Source: a virus (lineage: Duplodnaviria; Caudoviricetes). From it: a stretch of 64,000 bases of DNA. The translations under genes and the position numbers were made by a program. Positions 33,642-43,505 of this stretch are shown here, piece after piece. Positions within the stretch are counted from its first letter, which is position 1; each line of letters opens with the position of its first letter. Under the pieces are notes generated by a model that saw nothing but the letters and a program-made list of their open reading frames with translations, was not told the origin of the DNA and did no database searches. The stretch is taken from positions 1 to 64,000 of IMG/VR virus record IMGVR_UViG_3300038393_001263. One strand, written 5' to 3'.

Positions 33642-34753
33642 TGACCGCGTATTATATATCGACGACTGGCTCGGACTCGACTGGAGACGGGCTTAGTCCG
33701 TCCACAGCCTGGGCCTCGTTTTCGAAGGCTCTCTCCATCACCGCTTCGGGTTCCGGCGACACGATCTACGCGGCCCCCGGAATCTATCGCGGCGTGGCGA
33801 CGATGAGCGTCACGCCGACGTCGTCGAGCCCGCTCTTGATTATCGGCGACAACACCGGGTCGATCTTCGGCGTCTCGCCCGGCGTGGTGGACTGGCGGGC
33901 TTGGACGAACGACACGACGCCGATCGGCACCAACACGCTCGCGGCGGTCGGCAAGTCCTACGTCACGATGAAGGGCCTGAAGATCACGGGTGGAAGCGGC
34001 TCGTGCGCCTTCCTGTCGGCCGACTGCACGAACTGGACGATCCAGGACTGCATCTTCATATCCTACCTGAACAACCAGTGCCTCCAGTATTCCGGCGCGA
34101 CGTCGGGCACGGTCTGGAATTCCATCGTCGACCGCTGCGACTTCATCGCCAGCACGAGCAACTGCATCACGTTCGCCGTCCCCCTGAACGCCTCCGAGTA
34201 CAGCGCCAACATCACGGTCCAGAACAGCCGCTTCTGGACGCGCGGCAACGGAGTCGTCCTGCAATCGGCGGCGACGGGTTCGTTCCTCGGGACCGGCGTC
34301 GCGATCCAGAGTTGCGATTTCCATTGGGCGAGCACGGCGGTCAACGTCTACGCGTCCAACGCGATCAACATGACGACGCCGATCAGCATCCGGGGCTGCT
34401 ACGTCCACGGGGCGCAGACGGGGTTCGGGGCCAACAATACGACGCAGGTCGCGGAAGATCGGAACATCATCCTCGCCTCGACGCCGCGATCCAGCGTCAG
34501 CATCGGGGCCAACTCGACGACCGTCGCCGCCTCCGCGTTCAACATCAACGACGAGCGGCTGACCGGCGCCCAGATCCGGCCGTTCTTCGAGCCGATGGCG
34601 ACCAGCCCGTTCCTCGCCTGGTTCACGGACGGGGCGACGCCCGCCGTGGACGTCTGGAACCAGAACCGCCCCGCCACGGCCTCGGCGGGAGCCCTCGAAC
34701 GCGACACGTTCCCCACCGGCACCGTCATCAACATCTTCCAGTCCGAGAGCTGA
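33641..34753 (+). CDS. Right-handed beta-helix (pectin-lyase-like) virion protein
   Basis: YYISTTGSD..GDG...AWASFSKA, GDTIYAAPGIY and repeated xIxNCxF rungs. Confidence 0.75.
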   Translation: MTAYYISTTGSDSTGDGLSPSTAWASFSKALSITASGSGDTIYAAPGIYRGVATMSVTPTSSSPLLIIGDNTGSIFGVSPGVVDWRAWTNDTTPIGTNTLAAVGKSYVTMKGLKITGGSGSCAFLSADCTNWTIQDCIFISYLNNQCLQYSGATSGTVWNSIVDRCDFIASTSNCITFAVPLNASEYSANITVQNSRFWTRGNGVVLQSAATGSFLGTGVAIQSCDFHWASTAVNVYASNAINMTTPISIRGCYVHGAQTGFGANNTTQVAEDRNIILASTPRSSVSIGANSTTVAASAFNINDERLTGAQIRPFFEPMATSPFLAWFTDGATPAVDVWNQNRPATASAGALERDTFPTGTVINIFQSES

Positions 34754-34759
34754 GGTCCA

Positions 34760-35971
34760 ATGGCCGACAATATTGAACTGAGCCCCGGCGCAGGCGGCGC
34801 GAAGATGCGGGCCTACAAGGACGCGTCGGGCAACACCTACGCCCCGGCCGCCGTCGTCTACATGACCTCGACGACCGACGGCGCGGCCGTCGCGCAGCCG
34901 GTGCAGGTCGGCCACGGCCTCCCGGTCCAGCAGGACGGGACGTTCGTCGTGAACCCCGGCGACACGCCGAACACCAATCCCTGGCTGACCTCCATCGCGC
35001 AGGGCGGCAACACGGCGATCGTCAACGGCAGCGGCCAGTTGACCGTCCTCGCGGCGATCGACGGCACCGTGGCGGTCGGCTCGATCGCGTCGATCACCAA
35101 CCCCGTTACGGTGGTCCAACCGACTCCCGCAAGCCTCACCTGCACCGCGAACATCGCCGCCGGCCAGACCCTCGCGACGGTGACGAACGTCGGCTCGGTG
35201 ACGAGCGTGACCAATCCGGTCACGGTGGCCCAGAACACCCCCGGCAACCTGCTCGCGACCGTCTCGATCGCGTCGGCCCAGACCCTCGCGAACGTGACCA
35301 CGGTGGGGACGATCACGAACCCGGTCACGGTCGCGCAGGCGACGGCCGCGAACCTCAAGGCGACGGTCAACATCGCGGCGGCTCAGACGCTCGACACGGT
35401 GACGACCGTCGCCGCCGTGACCAGCATCACGAACCCGGTGACGATCGTCCAGGCCACCGCCGCGAACCTGAACGCGACCGTGTCCATCGCCGCCAACCAG
35501 ACGGTGGCCAACGTCACCACCGTCAGCACCATCACCAATCCCGTGACCGTGGCGCAGGCGACCGCTTCCAGCCTCAACTGCACGGCGATCATCGGGGCCG
35601 GGACGAACCTGATCGGCAAGGCGGCCGTCGGCCAGGATACGAGCGCGATCTACAACGGCGCGACCGCCCTGACGCCTTCGTACGCGGTCATCTCGGCCAG
35701 TTCGTCCGGCGACAACCAGATCGTCGCGGCGCAGGTCGGCAAGAAGATCCGCGTGCTCCAGTGGAGCCTGACGTCGAACGGCACCGTCTCGGCGACCTGG
35801 CGATCGGGCACGACGCCGATCACCGGGGCTCGGCCGCTGATCCAGTACGCCTCGTGCGGCGGCTCGTTCTCGCCGATCGGGCGGTTCGAGACGGCGGCGG
35901 GTTCGGCGCTGAATCTGAACCTCTCGGGCGCGACCGCCGTCGGCGGGGAGATCGCCTACGTCCTGATTTGA
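34760..35971 (+). CDS. Fibre-like virion protein with internal TNPVT repeats
   Basis: Thr/Val/Ala-rich; five TNPVT-initiated repeats. Confidence 0.7.
   Translation: MADNIELSPGAGGAKMRAYKDASGNTYAPAAVVYMTSTTDGAAVAQPVQVGHGLPVQQDGTFVVNPGDTPNTNPWLTSIAQGGNTAIVNGSGQLTVLAAIDGTVAVGSIASITNPVTVVQPTPASLTCTANIAAGQTLATVTNVGSVTSVTNPVTVAQNTPGNLLATVSIASAQTLANVTTVGTITNPVTVAQATAANLKATVNIAAAQTLDTVTTVAAVTSITNPVTIVQATAANLNATVSIAANQTVANVTTVSTITNPVTVAQATASSLNCTAIIGAGTNLIGKAAVGQDTSAIYNGATALTPSYAVISASSSGDNQIVAAQVGKKIRVLQWSLTSNGTVSATWRSGTTPITGARPLIQYASCGGSFSPIGRFETAAGSALNLNLSGATAVGGEIAYVLI
35085..35585 (+). repeat. Coding tandem repeat of alternating 38/35-codon units
   Basis: TNPVT(V/I)xQ.T.(A/G)(S/N)L...I(A/S)A.QT(L/V)..VT.V repeated 4.5 times. 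Confidence 0.8.
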
Positions 35972-35984
35972 CGGAGCAACCGCG

Positions 35985-36119
35985 ATGTTCGTCTACTTCC
36001 TCTCGAACCTCGGCATGGGCGCGGGCGGCGTGGTCGACCCGATCCTCTGCTCGCTGCCGTTCGACGCCTGCACGCTGGCGTCCGCGAACCCCGCCGATCC
36101 GTGCGGCTGCAAGTCCTGA
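35985..36119 (+). CDS. Small Cys-containing protein (44 aa)
   Basis: GGAG before ATG 35985; MFVYFLSNLGMGAGG...DPCGCKS; below the ORF-track cutoff. Confidence 0.45.
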   Translation: MFVYFLSNLGMGAGGVVDPILCSLPFDACTLASANPADPCGCKS

Positions 36120-36140
36120 CCCTTCGTCCGAGGCCGATTC

Positions 36141-37388
36141 ATGTTCACGTGGACCGTCGTTCAAGGGCAGGCCGCGAAGTTGCCCATCGTCGTCTCGGCC
36201 TGCCCGTTGACGACGGCCTCGGTCATGGCCGCGTCGGTCTCGACCGGGCTCACCGACGCGGCCCTCGTCACGTTCACTCCGACGTTCGCGGCGTCCGGCC
36301 CCCCGAACGTCGTGCTGTCGATGACCTCGGCGCAGACCGCGACGCTCCAGCCCGGCGCGTACGTTTGCCACGTCCGGCTGGCGTCGAACAGCGGCGAGAT
36401 CGCGTTCGGCGTCGTCCAGGTCGTCGCCGCCCCAGGATACACGCCGACCTACGACGTCCTGGCGACCCCCGCGCAGGCGATCCTGCTGAACCCCGAGCTG
36501 GCCAATGGACCGGAAGGCCCCGGCAAGGTCGCCGCCCTGCCCTTCATGCTCCAGAAGGCGACCGAGACGATCCGACGCCATTGCAACAGGGTCTTCACCA
36601 GGCGGACCTACACGGAGTACCTGTCGCCCTCGCTCGAAGGCGAGATCATGCTTCGGGAGATGCCGATCAACAAGGTGACGCGCATCCAGCGGACCCCGAC
36701 GACGGCGATCACGATCACGGCCGATCCGGCGACGTATCAGGTCGCCTACGTCGATTACAGCAGCGTCGACCTCGCCCTGCCCAACCCCTACGACGTCGCC
36801 TACACCGGGATCGTGCTCAACGCCTTCTCCAGCGGCGTCGCGTCCAACGTCCCGATCCTCTTCGCCGGCCTGACGACGATCAACGACCTGGCCGCCGCCG
36901 TGGACGCGGTCTCGGGCTGGAAGGCGACGGTCGCCGGGAACTACGGCCTGCTGCCGGTCTCCGAACTCTACTGCGACGGCAACTCGCAGGGGGCTCTCGA
37001 CGACGGGATGCAAATCTGCGTCTTCGCCGAGGACGTTTCGGAGTCGCGGCTCGATCGCAGGACGGGTCTGATCCAGATGCCGCGCTACGGCCGCAACTTC
37101 GGCCCCCCGTTCAACTGGTCCTTCCTCGGATGGGATGACCAGTACGACGTCACCTGCGACGACCTGGTCCGCGTGACCTACGACGCCGGGTTTACCGTCG
37201 TCCCGGCCGTGATCCAGGAAGCCGCCGTCGAACTCGCCAAGGTCTACTTCGACCGCTCCGACGTCGACTACGCGGTCAAGAAGGAGTCGACCGGCTACTA
37301 CTCCTACGAGTTGAACGAGAACATCAGCCTGTCGATCCCCGACCCGATCCGCCAGGATCTCGCCCCCTACCGCATCCACCACGCATGA
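36141..37388 (+). CDS. Head-tail connector/adaptor-like protein
   Basis: KATETIRRHCNRVF..RTYTE and VRVTYDAGF..VPAVIQEAAVEL (gp6-like motifs) split by a long insertion. Confidence 0.7.
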   Translation: MFTWTVVQGQAAKLPIVVSACPLTTASVMAASVSTGLTDAALVTFTPTFAASGPPNVVLSMTSAQTATLQPGAYVCHVRLASNSGEIAFGVVQVVAAPGYTPTYDVLATPAQAILLNPELANGPEGPGKVAALPFMLQKATETIRRHCNRVFTRRTYTEYLSPSLEGEIMLREMPINKVTRIQRTPTTAITITADPATYQVAYVDYSSVDLALPNPYDVAYTGIVLNAFSSGVASNVPILFAGLTTINDLAAAVDAVSGWKATVAGNYGLLPVSELYCDGNSQGALDDGMQICVFAEDVSESRLDRRTGLIQMPRYGRNFGPPFNWSFLGWDDQYDVTCDDLVRVTYDAGFTVVPAVIQEAAVELAKVYFDRSDVDYAVKKESTGYYSYELNENISLSIPDPIRQDLAPYRIHHA

Positions 37389-37747
37389 AACGACCCTCCA
37401 GCCGCATGGCCCCGCACGTCGTCACGATTACGCGGAATACGCAGGGGACGGAAGAGGACGGCGGCCGTCGCGTCGCCTCCGCGACCACGGCGACGAGCCT
37501 TCGCTGCTTCGTCCAGCCGGGCCTCGCGCGGACGATCATCGATACCAGCGACGCCACCGGGAACAGCCGCGTCACCGAGTTCAACCCGACGCGGATCTAC
37601 TTCCTGGACGACGTCGGAATCTCGGTCCAGGATCTCATCTCCTGGGTCGACCACGCGGGCGTCACGCACACCTATCAGGTCGTCGGCTACATCGCCCCCG
37701 CCGCGCCGTTCGCCCAATGGCGGGCCGAGTGCCAGGAGAAGATTTAG
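37385..37747 (+). CDS. Head closure (stopper)-like protein
   Basis: Size and position; HVVTITRNT, LRCFVQP and HTYQVVG. Confidence 0.6.
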   Translation: MKRPSSRMAPHVVTITRNTQGTEEDGGRRVASATTATSLRCFVQPGLARTIIDTSDATGNSRVTEFNPTRIYFLDDVGISVQDLISWVDHAGVTHTYQVVGYIAPAAPFAQWRAECQEKI

Positions 37748-37750
37748 AGC

Positions 37751-38503
37751 ATGCCGTTCTCCCTCGTCGAGAATTGGGACTCCGTCACCGCCCCCGCCGT
37801 GCCGGCCGGGTGGAACAACGACGCGGGGATGGTCACGTCCACGTCCCAATCCAACACCGCGCCGAACTCCCTGGCGCTGACGAGCGGGACGGCGGGCGTC
37901 GTCTACTACGCGACCTACGCGACGGCCGACCCCGGCAACGGCATGACGCTCGACTACACCGCGTTCGTGTTCGTCGACACCTCGGCGTCGACCGGGCTCT
38001 ACCGCGTCGGCCCGACGTTCCGGTGCTCGTCCGCGACGATGAACAACACGTCGACCAGTTGCTATTGGGTCAACGTCGCGTTCAACAACGCCTTCACCGG
38101 GAACCGAATCCGGTTCTCGAAGATCGTCAATGGGACCGTGACGGATCTGTCCGAGGTCGCGAACACCGACCTGAGCTTCAATCGCGGAACCTGGTACTCG
38201 ATCCGCACGCTCTGCTACGGCTCGGACACGTTCAACGTCACCCTCACGCGGATCACCGACGGCTACACGATGAACACGGCCGGCGTGTTCGGCCTGTCGT
38301 CGACCCCGGTCTTCTCGTCCCTCGTCGCCTCCGACATCGCGTCCGGGGCCTACTTCGGCCTCGCGGCGGCCGGCGCGAACACGGCGAGCAAGCTGTTCAT
38401 GGACAGCCTCGGCGCGAACGCGTCCGGCGCGGTCGTGACGCCGCCCCCCAAGCCGAAGATCATTCGCATCCCCTGGGGATGCACCTGCTGGCACCCCGAC
38501 TAG
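37751..38503 (+). CDS. Virion protein with beta-sandwich (lectin-like) domain
   Basis: Beta-rich, Thr/Ser/Asn-rich; structural operon. Confidence 0.6.
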   Translation: MPFSLVENWDSVTAPAVPAGWNNDAGMVTSTSQSNTAPNSLALTSGTAGVVYYATYATADPGNGMTLDYTAFVFVDTSASTGLYRVGPTFRCSSATMNNTSTSCYWVNVAFNNAFTGNRIRFSKIVNGTVTDLSEVANTDLSFNRGTWYSIRTLCYGSDTFNVTLTRITDGYTMNTAGVFGLSSTPVFSSLVASDIASGAYFGLAAAGANTASKLFMDSLGANASGAVVTPPPKPKIIRIPWGCTCWHPD

Positions 38504-38609
38504 CCCTCCACGTCCCCCTCCCTCCCCGAAGCACCGATCGGCCAGTTCCGTGCGGAACCCCGGCCCGCTCGCCCCACGTCCCATCCTCATTTCTGAGAGG
38601 TTCCCCGCA

Positions 38610-39068
38610 ATGGCAGGTCTCAACGGATACGCCGCCTGGCCGGTCACGAACTGCAACGCCAACACCCAGACGGTGATGCAGCTCGTCGCCCCGACCAACC
38701 AGCGGCTCCGCGTCACGGCCCTCGAAATCAGCTTCGATGGCACCAACAGCGCGAACGCCCCGGCGGCCGTCTCGATCGAGCGGCAGACCGGCGGCACGTT
38801 CACCAACACCTCGGTCGCCCCCAAGAAGACCAACGACCCCTCGGGCACCGGCGAAACCCTCCAGGCCAACACGAAGAACACGCAGACCGTCGCGCCGACC
38901 TCGGGCGACATCATGCGGAACTTCTACATCCCGGTCTTCGGCGGGCTCGTGGTCTACCCGTTCGCCCCCGGCCAGGAAGTGATGGTCCCGGGCGGCACGA
39001 CCCTCGGCGTCAAGGTCACGACCACGGCGCAGGTCAACTGCTTCGGCGGCCTCTGCTACGAGGAGTAA
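38610..39068 (+). CDS. Virion structural protein
   Basis: GAGAGG leader; beta-rich. Confidence 0.6.
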   Translation: MAGLNGYAAWPVTNCNANTQTVMQLVAPTNQRLRVTALEISFDGTNSANAPAAVSIERQTGGTFTNTSVAPKKTNDPSGTGETLQANTKNTQTVAPTSGDIMRNFYIPVFGGLVVYPFAPGQEVMVPGGTTLGVKVTTTAQVNCFGGLCYEE

Positions 39069-39131
39069 TCCGCATCGGCGGGGGACGGGATCACCCCTCC
39101 CCCGCCCTTCCCATCGCCGCTCCCCGAATCG

Positions 39132-40787
39132 TTGTCCCCTGACGCCTTGAAGGCGGTGGTGTCGACCGTGTCGCTACGCTTCCAGGGCGGAAATCGACGC
39201 CGGCGCGTGCTCGTCGTCGCGTCGAACAACCCGAATTCGTCGCCGATCGTCACGGCCGCCGCGCGGAACCGCGTGGTGATCGTTCCCCGGCCCCCGCTCC
39301 GACCGACGCCCCCGGTCGATCGCGTCGTCGCGGTCCACACGGCCTACACCACGGGCGGCACCCCTCCCCCGAACAACAACGGCGGCGGCAGCCCGCGCCC
39401 GCTCCAGCCCAACTGGATCGTCGGAGCCCTCCGCGCCCGCTACCCGAAGCCGTTCGTCCGCGCGATCGTCGCGCACACCACGTACAAGCCGCCGACGAAG
39501 GACGGCCTGCCGAATCAGGTCGTCGTGGTCGACCCGCAGCGCCGGCCCGTCGTCCGCCGGTCGGTCGTCGTCAGGCCCGAATTCAAGTGGGGGGTCAACC
39601 ACGGCAAGACGCCGATCGCCCCCGTCGTCGTGCGTCGCCCGGTCGGCCTCCGCGTCCCGCAGCCGATCGTCGTCGCGTCGCCGCCGACCAGCGGCCTCGG
39701 CTTCCTTCCGTCGCCCTCCCGGCCGATCGTCATCCCCCGGCAGAAGCCCACGCGGACGCGCGGCTCGTTGATGGTGCTCGGCTTCGCCGACGCGGGCGAT
39801 CGTGTTCGCGCCAACCCGATCGTCGCCGCTCGGCCTCCCCTGCGGAAGACCGTCCCGCATCCGATCATCGCCTCGACCGTCGAATCGTTCGCGATCCGGC
39901 CGACCCAGCCGCACCGGCCGATCATCATCCCCTGCGCCGTTCCCAAGCGGCGGCGCGGATCATTGATGGTCCTCGGCTTCTCCGACGCGGGCGAGATCCC
40001 GCCGGCCTCGGTGATCGCCCCGACCGTCGTCGCGTTCCACCCCAGGCCGTCCGACCGCCGCCGCCCGCCGATCGTCGTCCGGCCCCTGCCCGCGTTCAAT
40101 CCCAGCTCCGTCCCGCCGCCGATCGCGCACGTCGTCGCGATCCCGCGCGGTCGCAAGGCGGCTCCCTGGCGCTACGACTCGCAGTTCCTCAAGTTCGTCC
40201 CGCCGCCGCCGCGACACGACCCGATGCCGCGCATCCTCGGCGTGCCGATCCCGAGACGGAGGTCGCCGCTCATGTGGCCGACGCCGCAGGTGAGGACGTC
40301 GATCCTCCAGCCCGACGACCAGCGGTACACCAAGCCGTGGGATCTGATCGCGGCGTGCATCGCGCACCTGCGTTCGGACCCGGCGATCGTCGCCGCGTTC
40401 GGCGACGCGAAGGGCGTCGCGGGCAAGGACAAGTTCGTCAGCGACGTCGAGCTGCCGAAGACCGACCTGCCCTACGCGATCTTCGACGAGCCCGACGAGT
40501 CCGAGGACTACGAGACGCAGGACCAGACCAATCGGTACTCGTCGACCATCCGAGGCGTGTTCCACCTCACGGTCCTCGCGGACGAGAAGTTGGCCGCCCG
40601 CAGGCTCGGCGACATGGCCGCCGCGTCGCTCAACGACGCCCCGCTGGTCTTCCAGGACGGCGTGCTGATGTACCTGCGCCGCTCGGAGCGACGCTTCCCC
40701 ATCGTCGCCGCGACCGGCCCCGGCCCGAACGTGACGATGTTCAAGCGCGTCGTTGAATTCATGTACATGATCGAACGATTCTTCTGA
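39132..40787 (+). CDS. Tail terminator-like domain with long Pro/Arg/Val-rich N-terminal region
   Basis: C-terminal about 150 aa (AHLRSDPAI, LPYAIF, VFHLTVLA..LAARRLGD) immediately before the tail tube gene; start uncertain. Confidence 0.6.
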   Translation: MSPDALKAVVSTVSLRFQGGNRRRRVLVVASNNPNSSPIVTAAARNRVVIVPRPPLRPTPPVDRVVAVHTAYTTGGTPPPNNNGGGSPRPLQPNWIVGALRARYPKPFVRAIVAHTTYKPPTKDGLPNQVVVVDPQRRPVVRRSVVVRPEFKWGVNHGKTPIAPVVVRRPVGLRVPQPIVVASPPTSGLGFLPSPSRPIVIPRQKPTRTRGSLMVLGFADAGDRVRANPIVAARPPLRKTVPHPIIASTVESFAIRPTQPHRPIIIPCAVPKRRRGSLMVLGFSDAGEIPPASVIAPTVVAFHPRPSDRRRPPIVVRPLPAFNPSSVPPPIAHVVAIPRGRKAAPWRYDSQFLKFVPPPPRHDPMPRILGVPIPRRRSPLMWPTPQVRTSILQPDDQRYTKPWDLIAACIAHLRSDPAIVAAFGDAKGVAGKDKFVSDVELPKTDLPYAIFDEPDESEDYETQDQTNRYSSTIRGVFHLTVLADEKLAARRLGDMAAASLNDAPLVFQDGVLMYLRRSERRFPIVAATGPGPNVTMFKRVVEFMYMIERFF

Positions 40788-40805
40788 GGCATCGAAGGAG
40801 CCGCA

Positions 40806-41228
40806 ATGGCGATCACCAGCATCCCGGACAAGGTCACGGGGAAGGCGGGTTACATCCTCTACAACGGGACGCAACTCCCGATCCGGCGGTGGAACGCCCG
40901 CGTCACGCGCAACATGGCGGACTGCACGGATTCGAGCGACTACGACTCGAATGCGGACATGGTCGGGCGGACCCAGATCCCCACCAGCGCAATCCTTGAG
41001 GCGTCGATCGAGGGCTGCTATCGGCGTTCCTCGACGGCCGGCGTGATCATCGCGAACCTGTTTACCGGCATCACGGCCGTTCCGTGCGTCCTCGGCATCG
41101 ACCAGAACACGCCGTTCGGGTCCGGGACCGTCGACATCACCGACTACAACCAGGATTCGCCCCTCGAAGACGTCGTGAGCTTCACCTGCAACATCCGCAG
41201 CAACGGACTCTTCATCCCGAGCCAGTGA
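40806..41228 (+). CDS. Major tail tube protein
   Basis: IRRWNARVTRNMADCTDS and LEDVVSFTCNIRSNG; AAGGAG; precedes the chaperone and TMP genes. Confidence 0.8.
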   Translation: MAITSIPDKVTGKAGYILYNGTQLPIRRWNARVTRNMADCTDSSDYDSNADMVGRTQIPTSAILEASIEGCYRRSSTAGVIIANLFTGITAVPCVLGIDQNTPFGSGTVDITDYNQDSPLEDVVSFTCNIRSNGLFIPSQ

Positions 41229-41233
41229 GCCTT

Positions 41234-41761
41234 ATGAACGACCTGAAGATCCTGACCGCGCAGCCCCAGCCCTTGGCGATCGACGGCGAGACCTACATGG
41301 TCCACCCGCTGACCATCGAGGATTGGGGCGCCCTCCAAGCCTGGGTCGACCGCCAGTTCGTCGATCCCTTCGACGTGGTGGCGAAGGCCATCGAGAAGGG
41401 CAAGTTCACCGTCGCCCAGCAGCAGTACATGCTGTCGGAGGCCCTCAAGGAATCGATCAAGCCGAAGGCCCCGCTCGGCTCGATCGAGGCCGACGCGCTC
41501 CTGATGTCGATGGACGGCTACACGCAAGTCCTCTACCTGTCGATTCGCAAGGGCCGACCGGGCTTCACCGAGAAGGACGCCAGGAACTTGGCCCTGAAGC
41601 TGAGCGCCGCCGACGCGACGAAACTCGGCCAGGTCTCCACCCTGAATCTGGTCGCCTCCGACCCAAAAGACGAGCCGCTGAACGTGACGCCGCCCGCGCG
41701 GAAGAGTGGTTCGGCGGCATCCCTGAGACGGACGCGGGCGGCGAAAAGGACTGGTGGCTGA
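41234..41761 (+). CDS. Tail assembly chaperone (gpG-like)
   Basis: Lies between tail tube and TMP; LTIEDWGALQ. Confidence 0.75.
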   Translation: MNDLKILTAQPQPLAIDGETYMVHPLTIEDWGALQAWVDRQFVDPFDVVAKAIEKGKFTVAQQQYMLSEALKESIKPKAPLGSIEADALLMSMDGYTQVLYLSIRKGRPGFTEKDARNLALKLSAADATKLGQVSTLNLVASDPKDEPLNVTPPARKSGSAASLRRTRAAKRTGG

Positions 41762-41943
41762 TCTTCCACAAACTCGCCGCCGAGGCCGAGATGTCGTTCG
41801 ACCAGATCGGCCGCCTGACGATCCCCCAGCTCGTGTGCCGCTTCTCCGAGAAGCCGCCCGACGGCAAGCAGAAGATCGCGTCGTTCGCCGAATACGAGGC
41901 GGCGATCCGTGAGCACGAAGCCGCCTGGAACTCGCCGACATGA
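41662..41943 (+). CDS. Frameshifted chaperone extension (gpGT-like)
   Basis: In-frame slippery heptamer C CCA AAA at 41662-41668; the -1 frame is open to 41943 and encodes WWLIFHKLAAEAEMSFDQIGRLTIPQL. Confidence 0.65.
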   Translation, partial: PKRRAAERDAARAEEWFGGIPETDAGGEKDWWLIFHKLAAEAEMSFDQIGRLTIPQLVCRFSEKPPDGKQKIASFAEYEAAIREHEAAWNSPT

Positions 41944-43472
41944 TGAACATCAATCAGTCCGTGCTCGCCAACGCGGTGATCAACATCACCGGCAATACGC
42001 GCGGATTCGATTACGCGATCAACCAGACCCGCAAGCAGATGCAGGGCTTCCTCGTCTTCGCCAACGCGATCGGCGGGAAGACCGGCGGCCTGCTCGCGAA
42101 TGGCCTGGCGATGGGCGCGATCGGGCCGGTCATGAACTCGGTTCTCGGCCATAAACTCGGCGGCAAGGCCGGCGGCTTCCTCCAGAAGTTCGGCCTGACC
42201 AGCGACCCCATGAAGGACGTCGCCGACGCAATGGACCTGGCGCGGCGGCGGTTCGCCCACGAGACGTATCTCCACAAGCTGCGCGGGCTCGCCATCGCGC
42301 AGGGCAACATCTACAACGGCCAGCGGCTCAACACGCCGATGGACGTGAGGCGGGCGCGGATCGAGCACGCGATGGCCGCGCCGAAGATGGCCGACATCTC
42401 GCAGCAGTACGTGGCCGGCGCGGCGTCGAAGGCCCAATCGCTCGCGCTGATGCTCGGGCAATTCGGCCTCGTCGTCACGGCCGCGACGACCGCCTTCAAG
42501 ACGCTTGTCGCGTCGGGCATGGACCTGAACGAGAAGATGAAGAAGGCCGTTCGGGTCTTCGGGTCCAACGTTGGTTCCGTCGTCGGCGGATACGATCGCT
42601 TCGGCGCGTCGATGAGCCGAAGCCAGTACCTCTCTGGCGCGTCCGGAATCGGACTCGAACTCAACCACGCGGCCCTCGGTCGCGGCCCGACGTCCGCGAT
42701 GGCGTCTGCGATGGCGCGGAGGGCGGGCGAACTCGCCGAGTCCAACGGCGACGATTTCGATGAAGTCGTCGGCAAGATGCAGTCGGCGCTCCACGGGTCG
42801 ACCGACGCCCTGAAGAACCTCGGCGTCGTCCTGTCCGACGACCTCGTGCGGGCCTATGCGTTCAACAACGGGATGATCAAACTCGGCGAGCATATGTCCG
42901 AGCAGGTTGCGATTCAGGCCCGATACGCGCTGGTTATGAGCCAGACGAAGGACTCCGCGCAATCGGCCCTCGTCCGGTTCTTCGACGTCGGCGTGCAGTG
43001 GAATTCGTTCCTGTCGGGCCTCGGCAATTCGTTGAGCGCGATGGGGAGTTTCCTGGCCCCGATCACGGCCGGAATCCTGGGCGTGACCAACGCGCTAATG
43101 GGGCTGTTCGCGGTTATTTCTCCGTTCTCCTATGTGCGAAAGTTCACCAACGCCATCGGCATCACGAGCGACGACCAGAACAATGCGGCCCTGGACCGTC
43201 AGAAGCTTCTCGAACAGGCGAAGGACGACGCCAGCCGCGCCGACGACGTGATCCGTCGCGAACGCGCCAGGCAGTCGTCGAACGTCGGATACCACTCGCC
43301 GGAAGATTTCTACAAGCACATCCAGAAGGGCATATTCGGCGACCCGACCGAGTTCCAGAAGCGACAGACGGACCTCATGCACGAGTTCGTCATCGTGTCC
43401 AAGGAAACGCGCGACATCCTCCGCGACTTCGGCTACAAGGTCAAGGACGGCTCGGCCCTGTTGCAGCCCTGA
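41940..43472 (+). CDS. Tape measure protein (short, 510 aa)
   Basis: Ala/Gly-rich helical composition; DEVVGKMQSALHGSTDALKNLGVVL motif; position. Confidence 0.85.
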   Translation: MMNINQSVLANAVINITGNTRGFDYAINQTRKQMQGFLVFANAIGGKTGGLLANGLAMGAIGPVMNSVLGHKLGGKAGGFLQKFGLTSDPMKDVADAMDLARRRFAHETYLHKLRGLAIAQGNIYNGQRLNTPMDVRRARIEHAMAAPKMADISQQYVAGAASKAQSLALMLGQFGLVVTAATTAFKTLVASGMDLNEKMKKAVRVFGSNVGSVVGGYDRFGASMSRSQYLSGASGIGLELNHAALGRGPTSAMASAMARRAGELAESNGDDFDEVVGKMQSALHGSTDALKNLGVVLSDDLVRAYAFNNGMIKLGEHMSEQVAIQARYALVMSQTKDSAQSALVRFFDVGVQWNSFLSGLGNSLSAMGSFLAPITAGILGVTNALMGLFAVISPFSYVRKFTNAIGITSDDQNNAALDRQKLLEQAKDDASRADDVIRRERARQSSNVGYHSPEDFYKHIQKGIFGDPTEFQKRQTDLMHEFVIVSKETRDILRDFGYKVKDGSALLQP

Positions 43473-43505
43473 TCGCACTGTCCATTCCACCGAGGCTTTC
43501 CGTTC

